This document shows, in pieces, positions 53,780 to 61,361 of a stretch of 64,000 bases of DNA. The DNA comes from Vicinamibacterales bacterium (GTDB lineage: Bacteria; Acidobacteriota; Vicinamibacteria; Vicinamibacterales; UBA8438): the NCBI GenBank assembly GCA_965214845.1, contig CBDCCO010000007.1, positions 1,137,030 through 1,201,029 of the forward strand, read 5' to 3'. A program made the position numbers and the translations under genes. Each line of letters begins with the position of its first letter. Position 1 is the first letter of the stretch. Below the pieces are notes generated by a model. It ran no database searches, was not told the DNA's origin, and worked only from the letters and a program-made list of their open reading frames with translations.

Positions 53780-54409
53780 CTACCGTTGCGGCCCCTGGCC
53801 GCGCGAGCGCGCCGCGAGCGCCGCCAGCCCGGTTGCGGGCGGCGGCCCGGCCGGCGGGGCCAGCGCGTGGCCGGCGCCGCGGCGCAACACGGGCTGGCCC
53901 CGCGGGCGATCGACCACGTTGCTGCGGCTGAAGTCCTGCGGGCCGTAGCTGTACTTCTGCTCGACGGTGGTGATGCTCGGCCGCGACGGGGACGCCGGGC
54001 TGCGCGGGTCCCGGGCGCGCTCGTCGCGCGGCGGCGCGGCCTCGACCGCCGTCGACGCGGCGACGCGGGCGCTTTGCGGGTCGTGGCCGTCGGCCACGTT
54101 GCCCGCGAGGGCGGCGAGCTGCATCTCCCGGCGGTGCCCCTCGAGCACGGCGCGCAACGTGTCGTTCGTCGTGCCGTCGCCGTGGCCGGGGCCGGCGACG
54201 CCGTCGCGCGTGTGGTTGGCGTAGCGCCGGACCATCGAGGTCAGCCAGCCGTCGATGCCGCCGGCGCTTCGGGCCCCCCGGCCCGGCGCGCTCCGCATCT
54301 CGACGGCCGTCGTCCGGACGTGCTCGCGGATGTGCGCGTGCTTGGCCGCCACCAGCTCGTGGTCGGCCGGCTGGGCGGCGGCGCGGTCGTCGTGGCGATC
54401 GGCGGGCAT
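53780..54409 (-). CDS. hypothetical protein
   Basis: 209 aa: ...IDGWLTSMVRRYANHTRDGVAGPGHGDGTTNDTLRAVLEGHRREMQLAALAGNVADGHDP...SITTVEQKYSYGPQDFSRSNVVDRPRG... Confidence 0.45.
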   Translation of the reverse strand: MPADRHDDRAAAQPADHELVAAKHAHIREHVRTTAVEMRSAPGRGARSAGGIDGWLTSMVRRYANHTRDGVAGPGHGDGTTNDTLRAVLEGHRREMQLAALAGNVADGHDPQSARVAASTAVEAAPPRDERARDPRSPASPSRPSITTVEQKYSYGPQDFSRSNVVDRPRGQPVLRRGAGHALAPPAGPPPATGLAALAARSRGQGPQR

Positions 54410-54522
54410 TCTCGGCGGTGTCTCCGGCGCGGCCGGCGCTATCCTGGTTGTCAGCCGACAGCCTAGCGCAACGGCCCGCGGGTGCGCCGGCAGGGGCCCG
54501 GTCGGCGGGGGTGGTCTTGACG

Positions 54523-55032
54523 ATGCGACTGGTTCTCTTCGTGCTGTACTACGGGCTGGCGGTACTGCTCGGCTTCATCCTCCGCGGGCGTTTCGACCAG
54601 TGGATGTACGCGAAGCCGCACATGCAGGAATCGCTCGTGCGCTATGCGTCGGAGGTGATCCACGCGGTCGAGCACGGGGCCGACGAGGTCCCGCCGCCGC
54701 CCCTGACCGTCGACGCCGACGCCTTCTCGCCGGTGGTGCTGCAGGGGCCGCTCGGGCGCGTCGCCCGTGCCCCCGACGCCGCGGCCGGCGAGCCGGCGGG
54801 CGCGCTCGACGTTGCCCCGGAGCCCGGGTCCGCGGACGCGCGGCCGCCCGTCCCCGAGGGCGGTGTTCCCGGCGCGGCGGACGGGCGGTCCCAACATGTT
54901 GGAGCCGGTCCCCCGGCCGCGGGCGCCGGGCCCGCGCCCCGGGCCCGCGTCGCCCCGGGGGCGATTGACCCCGGGGCGGACACCGACGCGGCCGCCTCGG
55001 GCGGCGGACCCGCCCCGATCCGGCCGGAATAG
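54523..55032 (+). CDS. small membrane-anchored protein with low-complexity tail
   Basis: Internal ATG at 54523: MRLVLFVLYYGLAVLLGFILRGRFDQWMYAKPHMQESLVRYASEVIHAVEHG.. The Ala/Pro/Gly tail contains the CCAACATGTTGG palindrome variant (54891-54902), so the true 3' end is uncertain. Confidence 0.4.
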   Translation: MRLVLFVLYYGLAVLLGFILRGRFDQWMYAKPHMQESLVRYASEVIHAVEHGADEVPPPPLTVDADAFSPVVLQGPLGRVARAPDAAAGEPAGALDVAPEPGSADARPPVPEGGVPGAADGRSQHVGAGPPAAGAGPAPRARVAPGAIDPGADTDAAASGGGPAPIRPE

Positions 55033-55042
55033 CGTGCGGCGG

Positions 55043-55118
55043 ACCGCTCCCGGCACGGGAGCAGGGATTGAAACTGAAACGTAGAGGCTGCTCCCCAGGT
55101 GGGAGCGAGGATTGAAAC
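55043..55118 (+). CRISPR. tandem pair of type I-C-like CRISPR repeats with a 12-nt pseudo-spacer (solitary-repeat / mini-array-like)
   Basis: R1 55043-55074 ACCGCTCCCGGCACGGGAGCAGGGATTGAAAC; gap TGAAACGTAGAG; R2 55087-55118 GCTGCTCCCCAGGTGGGAGCGAGGATTGAAAC; the ATG follows at 55119. Against the I-C repeat as I recall it (GTCGCGCCCCGCACGGGCGCGTGGATTGAAAC), R1 matches 25/32 and R2 23/32, with a compensatory G-C to T-A change in the stem. Confidence 0.7.
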
Positions 55119-56795
55119 ATGCCAAATGATGCAACCGACGCGGCCTGGCCGGCCGGCGGCGAGCCGCCGGGGTCGGCGCCCGAGACCTACGCCTTTGGCG
55201 GGGTCGAGTACACCGCGCACAGGATCGCGCGGCTCTTTCCCCTCATCGAGGGCAAGGCCTTTGACGAGATGGTCAAGGACGTCGAGGCCAATGGGCTGCG
55301 CCACCCGGTCGTGCGCCGGGGCACCGAGATCATCGACGGTCGCAACCGGTTCCGGGCGGCCCTGGCCGCGAAGGTCCCGGTGACGTTCTGCGACCTTGAG
55401 CCCGGCCAGCATCCGGTCCACGTCATCGTGTCCGAGAACCTCCACGTGCGTTCCCTCTCGCAGAGCGAGAGGGCCATGATCGCCGCAAACATCCGGCGCC
55501 TGGCCCCGGGTGCGTTCGGGGTTCCGCCGAGGGGCGTCGGCGGCCCGGTCGGCGACGAGGCACGTGCCGCCGCCGGCGAAGAACTGGCGAAGGGCGGGGC
55601 TCCCGGCTCCGGAGCCGGTCCGGCCCCGGCTCCGTCCCCGGCGGCGCGGGCCGCCGATGCGGCGGCCGACGGCGACGGCAAGGCTGACGCCAACGGCGAG
55701 CCGGCAGGCGTCGTGCGCGAGCAGGAGCGCGTGTCGGCCGCGCTGGGCGTTTCGCCGGAGTACACCCGCCAGGCCGAGCGCCTCATGGAGCAGGCTCCCG
55801 AGCTTGCCTCCGCGGTCAGCCGCGGCGACGTAAAGGTTGGTGACGCCTACGCCGTCCGGGAGCAGCCGGAGGACGTACGCCGGCAGGCCCTTGAGGACGT
55901 GAAGGCGAAGCGTGCCCCGACGCTCGTCGGTGCGGTCGAGCAGCGCACCGGGCGGCCGTCGAAGGCCCGTGCGGCGGCGCCGCGCCGCCCGCCGGCGCCC
56001 CCCAAGGCCCCGAAGGCACCGAAGGCCGATGACGACGCCGGGCGGCCCGCGCTCCCGCCGCTGCCCACGGCCGGGAAGGCTCCGGCCGCGGCTCCGGCCG
56101 CGGCCGGCTCTCCGCCGGCCCCCGGGCCCGCTGCCGCGCCTGCGGCCGCCCCGGCGGCCAGGGCGCCGGCAGGAGGCCAGGAGGACGCGCCCGCCGCGGG
56201 CGGGCCGGACGGCGGCGGCGCGCCCGCGGATGCGCCCGCGGACGAGGCCGCCGGCTACGAGGACGTCCACCCGGACCTGATCGTCCCGCGCCTGCTGCTC
56301 GCGTGCGTGAGGAAGGCCTTCGATGGGTCGATCGACCTCGACCCGTGCTCGAACGCTGATGCGCAGGACCGCATCGCGGCCACCGAGTGGTATTCGGCCG
56401 AGCAGGACGGGCTCTCGCTCGCGTGGCGCGGCGCCGTGTGGGTGTTCCCGCCGCTGGCGCTGGCCCCGGCCTTCGCCTCGAAGCTCGAGAGCGAGCTCCG
56501 CGCCGGGAACGTCTCCCGCGCGGCGCTGCTCGCGCCGGCCGACCTGAGCCGGGACTGGGCGGGCCGGCTGCTGCGCATGCCGCAGCTGAGCGCCTTGGCG
56601 GTGCAGCACGGCCGGCAGCCGTTCGATGTCTCCGGCGACAGCCGGAAGCTGCGCGTCCCGGGGGCGATGGCGGTCTACCTGTTCGGTCTCGGCGGCGCCC
56701 CGGCCGCGGGCGGCCGCGACCCGCTGGTCCAGAATCTGGGCGTCTGGGGCCACGTGCTCCGCAACGTGGCGGGCCAGCCCGCGCAGTCCGCGTGA
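55119..56795 (+). CDS. ParB-like nuclease domain fused to a phage-Dam-type N6-adenine methyltransferase-like domain
   Basis: N-terminus: HRIARLFPLIEGKAFDEMVKDVEANGLRHPVVRRGTEIIDGRNRFRAA (ParB/Srx fold). A Pro/Ala-rich linker follows. C-terminus: SIDLDPCSNA...YSAEQDGLSLAWRGAVWVFPPLA..AALLAPADLSRDW.. (Dam_phage-like), where motif IV reads FPPL instead of (D/N)PP(Y/F). Confidence 0.7.
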   Translation: MPNDATDAAWPAGGEPPGSAPETYAFGGVEYTAHRIARLFPLIEGKAFDEMVKDVEANGLRHPVVRRGTEIIDGRNRFRAALAAKVPVTFCDLEPGQHPVHVIVSENLHVRSLSQSERAMIAANIRRLAPGAFGVPPRGVGGPVGDEARAAAGEELAKGGAPGSGAGPAPAPSPAARAADAAADGDGKADANGEPAGVVREQERVSAALGVSPEYTRQAERLMEQAPELASAVSRGDVKVGDAYAVREQPEDVRRQALEDVKAKRAPTLVGAVEQRTGRPSKARAAAPRRPPAPPKAPKAPKADDDAGRPALPPLPTAGKAPAAAPAAAGSPPAPGPAAAPAAAPAARAPAGGQEDAPAAGGPDGGGAPADAPADEAAGYEDVHPDLIVPRLLLACVRKAFDGSIDLDPCSNADAQDRIAATEWYSAEQDGLSLAWRGAVWVFPPLALAPAFASKLESELRAGNVSRAALLAPADLSRDWAGRLLRMPQLSALAVQHGRQPFDVSGDSRKLRVPGAMAVYLFGLGGAPAAGGRDPLVQNLGVWGHVLRNVAGQPAQSA

Positions 56796-57412
56796 TGTCG
56801 CTGGTCTTCCGGCCCCTGATCGCGGTGCTCTGCATGACGCTGCTCATGTGGTACTTCGGCCGGGAGGGCGGGCCCGGGTCCGGGGTGGACCCGGCGGCCC
56901 CCGCCCCGGCGGCCGGGCGGGCGGCGCCCGCCTGGGACCCGCGGGCGCACGCGCAGCTGGCGGTGCTGGCCAACTGCCTCGACAACCTCGCCTACGCCGG
57001 GCAGGCGGCCGCGGGCGAGACGGTCGCGGCGACCGGCTTGCTGCGCATCGAGGACGCCTACCGGCGGCGGTGCCGGTCGCAGGTCTACGGCGCGGGCTTC
57101 GAGACCTTCTCGCACGCCTACGGCGAGCGCGCCCGCGGGGCGGTGGTCGCCATCCTCGACCGCGAGGAGTCGTACGTCGCCGAGGCGCTGGCCGACCCGC
57201 TGGTCGGGGCCGCCGACCACGCCGCCCTCTGGCAGGTCGGCCTGCAGCGGGCCTCGGCCGACCTGCGCGAGCTCTCGCGCCGCCTCCGGGACGTCTACGC
57301 CGGGCTCGTCCCGGTCCCGGCGGTGTCCTGGCCCGTCAAGCGCTTCCTGCCCGGGGTCGCGGGGGCCGTGCGGGAGCACGGCAGTCATGTCCAGGCCTCT
57401 CGTTCGCCGTAG
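56795..57412 (+). CDS. hypothetical membrane-anchored protein
   Basis: The ATG at 56795 overlaps the upstream TGA. MSLVFRPLIAVLCMTLLMWYFGREGG...LANCLDNLAYAGQAAAGE... Confidence 0.45.
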   Translation: MSLVFRPLIAVLCMTLLMWYFGREGGPGSGVDPAAPAPAAGRAAPAWDPRAHAQLAVLANCLDNLAYAGQAAAGETVAATGLLRIEDAYRRRCRSQVYGAGFETFSHAYGERARGAVVAILDREESYVAEALADPLVGAADHAALWQVGLQRASADLRELSRRLRDVYAGLVPVPAVSWPVKRFLPGVAGAVREHGSHVQASRSP

Positions 57413-58121
57413 CCTGCTCGTGCGCTTGCCGGCGCTCGCCGCGCTGGCCGCGGCCGCCGGCGCCGGGTGCGCGCACGCCGCGGGGCCCGCCGGGCCGGGC
57501 GCCCCGCCGCCGGAAGCCGCTCCCGCGCCGGAGGCGGGCACCACGCGGCTGGCGCGGCTGGTCCATCCCGCCGCGCCGCCCGGCCGGCGCCTCGCGGGCC
57601 CGGCCGGTGGCGGCGAGCCCCTGCCGCGGACCTGGCGGGGGCTGCGGCTCGAGGCCAGGAGCCGCTGCCCGGACTACGACGCGTCGGCCTACGGGCCGCC
57701 CGGGCCACCGCCGCGGCTGCGGGCCGAGGGCGGCTGGCGCGAGCTCGCCGGCTGCGCGCTGTTTGCCGGCCCGGGCGCCGAGGCGGTCGATGCCGCCCGC
57801 CTCGTCCCGGCCGCCGCAGCCCACGATGCGGGCCTGTGCCGCGCGCCGGCCGGCGTCCGCGCGGCCTTCGCCGCTGATCCGGACAACGTGTTGCACCTGC
57901 CGCGCAGCGTCGCGGCGCTGCGCCGCTACCTCGCCGACACCGGCGCGCCCGTGTGGATGCCGGCGCGCAACCGCTGCTGGTACGTCCGCGCGCAGCTGCG
58001 GGTCCGCCGCCGCTACGACCTGTCGGTCACCCCCGCGGAGGCGGCGGCCTTCGACGCCGTGCTGGCCGGGTGCGCCGGCGCCCCGGCGGCGCCGGCCTGC
58101 GGGCCGCCGGGGGCCTTCTGA
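57387..58121 (+). CDS. lipoprotein with catalytically degenerate DUF1524/HNH-like domain
   Basis: Lipobox ..AAAGAGC. ..AVDAARLVPAAAAHDAG...RAAFAADPDNVL...VWMPARNRCWYVRAQLRVRRRYDLSVTPAEAAAFDAVLAGC aligns to the secreted DUF1524 pattern DIDHxVPL..A..SG...FANDxxN...W.P....C.Y.....VK..Y.L.vt..E..AL...L..C, but the D-H pair is replaced by A-R. Confidence 0.5.
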   Translation: MSRPLVRRSLLVRLPALAALAAAAGAGCAHAAGPAGPGAPPPEAAPAPEAGTTRLARLVHPAAPPGRRLAGPAGGGEPLPRTWRGLRLEARSRCPDYDASAYGPPGPPPRLRAEGGWRELAGCALFAGPGAEAVDAARLVPAAAAHDAGLCRAPAGVRAAFAADPDNVLHLPRSVAALRRYLADTGAPVWMPARNRCWYVRAQLRVRRRYDLSVTPAEAAAFDAVLAGCAGAPAAPACGPPGAF

Positions 58122-58196
58122 CGCGCGCCCGGGCGGCGGACTGGCGCCGCGCCGGGCGGGGCACGCGCCGGCTGCCGGCCGAAGGCGGCGCCGCGG

Positions 58197-58982
58197 TCAC
58201 GGGCGCCTCCCGCCGGTCTCGACCCGGGGCCGGGTCCCGGTGTCTGCTTCCCGGTCGTTGTCTCTCGTCAGGACGTACGGGCGGAGCGGTCCCCACTGGC
58301 CGTGGAACCAGCCGAGGCGGGAGCCGTCGAGGGCCTGGGCGAGGGTCCACCCGCGCGCCGCGAGCGCCCGGGCCGTTCTCTCGCAGGCGTCGCCGTCCCA
58401 GAGCTCGAGGTCCTGGGGCGGCGGGGTGCGGCCGCGCGGATCCCAGTCGTCGGGCATCTTGCCGAGATCCGTGAGGGGAGGCCGTGCGGGGTCGGGGTCG
58501 TCGCCGGCGGGGTCCGGCCACTCGATGTCGCCCTCGTCGATCGCGCAGGCGGGATCGGCCAGCTTGAGCCGCCAGTGCTCGGGCAGCCAGACGATGCCTT
58601 CCGTGTGGTGGAGGATGAGGTGCTCGGTGTCGCTCCCAGGTGATCTGAAGCGCCACATGCCGGCCGCCTCGTCGCCGGCGAGGACCTCGTGGTTGACGGC
58701 CTTGTAGGTCGCGATGTCGCCGAGCGTCCCCTCGTAATGGCCGAACTCGGCTTCCGTCCCGGCCACCGGGCCGAGGATTGCGTAGCCCTCGTTCTCGAGC
58801 CTGGCGGCCTCCTGGTCGGCGGCGGCGCGGTTCCACGGATCGTCGGGATCCATGTCATCGAAGACGTCGGCCACGCTGTTGGCGATGTAGCTCTGCCACG
58901 CGGCGGGCAGCTCCACGGTGATCCGGAAGGCCGGGATGCCGGGCGCCGGGGTCCGGTCCTTCCGTCGTCTCATGCTGGTCAT
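58197..58982 (-). CDS. hypothetical protein
   Basis: Internal ATG at 58982: MTSMRRRKDRTPAPGIPAFRITVELPAAWQSYIANSVADVFDDMDPDDPWNRAAADQEAARLENEGYAILGPVAGTEAEFGHYEGTLGDIATYKAVNHEVL... This acidic protein has coding-like composition. Confidence 0.55.
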   Translation of the reverse strand: MTSMRRRKDRTPAPGIPAFRITVELPAAWQSYIANSVADVFDDMDPDDPWNRAAADQEAARLENEGYAILGPVAGTEAEFGHYEGTLGDIATYKAVNHEVLAGDEAAGMWRFRSPGSDTEHLILHHTEGIVWLPEHWRLKLADPACAIDEGDIEWPDPAGDDPDPARPPLTDLGKMPDDWDPRGRTPPPQDLELWDGDACERTARALAARGWTLAQALDGSRLGWFHGQWGPLRPYVLTRDNDREADTGTRPRVETGGRRP

Positions 58983-59377
58983 GGTTTGCAAGCTCGGTCT
59001 CTGCGGTTCGTTTTCCGGTTCGGACGATGTTGCGGGTTGGCTGCTGCGCGTTGCTGGTGAGGCGCGCGGGACTTCAGGTGGGCGGATCAGTCCTGGGGGC
59101 GCTGCAGGGCTTCGTGAGGGTGGAGTCGCAGGTGTTGGAGGTGTGCTCCAGGCCGCGACTGCGGGGGTGCTGCCTGGCTCGGGGATCTGGTGCTCGACAG
59201 CCGCCACGGCCGCCAGGAGCGCATTCAGCGCCGGTTGGAACCCTGGAGCCCGGCCGGGCGGCCGAACGCCGCGGCAGCGCGCCAGCAACGCCACCACGAG
59301 GCAGAGGTTGACTGGACGTGTGGGCGAGACGGCCGGTCGTCCGTACACCGAGCGCGGGAGTATCGAAGAGGCGCGTC

Positions 59378-59389
59378 CCAACGCGTTGG
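59378..59389. promoter_or_regulatory. CCAACGCGTTGG palindrome
   Basis: Perfect 12-mer within CGTCCCAACGCGTTGGAACG, 5 nt after the stop at 59394. Confidence 0.45.
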
Positions 59390-59393
59390 AACG

Positions 59394-59726
59394 TCAGGCC
59401 GGCCGGTGGATCTCGACTTCGGCCGAGCGCTGGCCGCACGCCAGCCACGCCGCGATTATCGCGTCCTCGAGCGGCCGCGTGCTCGAGTCGGGGTCGGCGG
59501 GCCGCAGCAGGTCGTACCGCCTGCGCCGGCCGTCGACCGAGTAGGTCCGCGCCGGCATCGTAAGCCGGGGCCTGTCTCCGCCGTCGGCCGGCTCCCAGAG
59601 CGCGAAGCCCGTGATGGCGCAGCCGCCCAGCGGGCCGTCCCGCGTCTCGTCGAACTTCAGCATGGCTACGGCGACCCGGCCCAGCGGGCGCTCGGCCGGG
59701 TCCGTCTTCGTGAACTGGATGGTCAT
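59394..59726 (-). CDS. hypothetical protein (possibly SpoVG-like fold)
   Basis: Internal ATG at 59726: MTIQFTKTDPAERPLGRVAVAMLKFDETRDGPLGGCAITGFALWEPADGGDRPRLTMPARTYSVDGRRRRYDLLRPAD... It has a loose resemblance to SpoVG-type proteins. Confidence 0.4.
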   Translation of the reverse strand: MTIQFTKTDPAERPLGRVAVAMLKFDETRDGPLGGCAITGFALWEPADGGDRPRLTMPARTYSVDGRRRRYDLLRPADPDSSTRPLEDAIIAAWLACGQRSAEVEIHRPA

Positions 59727-59825
59727 CGTCTCGCTCCGTCCTGGTGCGGTCGCCGGCGCATGCCCCGGGACGCCGGTGCCGGTCCGCGCCGCGTCGAGCA
59801 TCCCGGATGGCGGCCGCCGGCCGGC

Positions 59826-60578
59826 CTACGGGTCCTCGGACGCCCTCTCGCCGGGCGCCTCGGCCTCTGGTCCGTGCGGACAGGCGTCGGCGCGCGCCGG
59901 CATCGGCACGATGTCCGCGCGGTCTGCCGCCGGCCGGCGAGTCCGCGGCGTCCGTTCCCCCATCCGTTGCGCGACTCTGGCGAGCCACCTCGCCGACCAG
60001 CCTTCGAGCTCACTGCTCTGGTAGGTGATCACTCCGTTGGTGAGCACTGCCTCGGTCTTCGCGTCCGGCACCTGCCCGCTCTCTTCCCCGGAGTTGTCCA
60101 TGATCGTCAGCTCGTCGAAGAGCTCGACCGTCTCCTCGAGGTTGCGCAGGCTCTGTCGGTACTGGTCCGCGATCTGGTGAATCTTGACCGGGTGCCCGGT
60201 CTTGTGCCGGACCCGCTGCTCGATGCGGCTCACGTTGATGTTCGGCGAGGCCGTCCCCAGGTAGAAGCCCTGGATGCGGTAGCCGAGCTGGCGTGCCGCC
60301 GCGACGCGCTCGCGGCCCCACTCGTTGCTGTAGCCGCACTCGACTCCGGCGTTGCGCCGCTCGCGCAGTGCGCGTTCGAGCTCGCCGTCGAGCAGTATCG
60401 CGCTGCGCCGGCGGGCCTCCGGGGTCTCCCAGCCCCCCATCCCGTCGGCCACGGCGTCGTAGTCGAGCAGCAGGTCCGGCATCTGGCTGGCGTTGTCGCG
60501 CCGCCAGGCCGACTTGCCGCTGCCCTCGCAGCCCATCAGTACCGTGAACGTCCCGCGGTTGTCCCAGTTGCTCCCCAT
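59826..60578 (-). CDS. zeta-toxin-like / AAA_33-type P-loop kinase
   Basis: 250 aa: FTVLMGCEGSGKSAWRR (Walker A) ..LLDYDAVADGMGG...YRIQGFYLGTASPNINVSRIEQRVRHKTGHPVKIHQIADQYRQS... No upstream epsilon-like ORF is evident. Confidence 0.55.
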   Translation of the reverse strand: MGSNWDNRGTFTVLMGCEGSGKSAWRRDNASQMPDLLLDYDAVADGMGGWETPEARRRSAILLDGELERALRERRNAGVECGYSNEWGRERVAAARQLGYRIQGFYLGTASPNINVSRIEQRVRHKTGHPVKIHQIADQYRQSLRNLEETVELFDELTIMDNSGEESGQVPDAKTEAVLTNGVITYQSSELEGWSARWLARVAQRMGERTPRTRRPAADRADIVPMPARADACPHGPEAEAPGERASEDP

Positions 60579-60840
60579 CGGGCGCCCCCCTGTCCCGGCG
60601 GGTGGCCGGTGACCAGCCGCCGCCGCGAGTCCGGTTGCCGTCGCCGCGCGCGGTCCCTGTCCCTGTTATCGGACGGAGCGGCGTGTGCCGTCCCCCGCGC
60701 CGGGTCGGGGCGGTGGTTGCGGGCGTTGGGTCGGTTCGGGGGCGGCGGTGCGCCCGGCTGTCGTTGGCGGGCGTTGGGGGCTGCCGGCGGCGGCCGGTTG
60801 CTCACGGCTGTGGTCGATTGTCGCTGGGTGGTCGGCGAGA

Positions 60841-60876
60841 GTCCAGGATCGCGTCCAGGATCGCGTCCAGGATTCC
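60841..60876. repeat. 3 x 12-bp tandem repeat near the island end
   Basis: GTCCAGGATCGC GTCCAGGATCGC GTCCAGGATTCC, ~170 bp from the pilQ junction in a ~470-bp stretch where I see no convincing ORF. Confidence 0.8.
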
Positions 60877-61044
60877 TGTTGCTGAACGTTGTCGGACGTT
60901 GCCGGGCGTCGCCGGCCGCCTTTGGCTGCTGGTCCGCCCTTGGCGGCGTAATCCCCAGTGTTTTCAGGTACTTGCCGTTTTCCCCTGTGTTTGTCGGGGT
61001 TGTCCCGTACCTGGTTTCGCCGTGTGCGTTGGTGCCGAACTCGC

Positions 61045-61359
61045 CTAGCCGAGTCGATTCGTGCGCAGGATGACGTCGAGGGCCTGGTCCCACGGTATGT
61101 CGGTCAGGAACACGTCGACGACGCCGTCCACCTGCGGATCGATCACGACATTCAGGCCGCTTATCCGGGCGAACGTGCGGAGAACCGCGCGCAGATCGGC
61201 GTTCTGGAAGTCCAGCGATACCGGCTCGCCGGTGAACGGCGGCGGCTCCTGGCCGGCCAGCGCCGCCGCGGGGTGCGCCCGAGCGCCGTGGGCGGCGGCG
61301 TGCCCGCCGAGCAGCGATACCAGTACCAGCACGGCTACCAGCAAGGCGAGACCTCGCAT
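61045..61359 (-). pseudogene. pilQ: pilQ secretin gene, 5' fragment only (104 codons)
   Basis: MRGLALLVAVLVLVSLLGG.. is a signal peptide. ..PVSLDFQNADLRAVLRTFARISGLNVVIDPQVDGVVDVFLTDIPWDQALDVILRTNRLG is the N0/STN-type domain. A TAG follows at 61045-61047 and the sequence beyond is unrelated and lower in GC. Full secretins are >600 aa. Confidence 0.7.
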
Positions 61360-61361
61360 GC

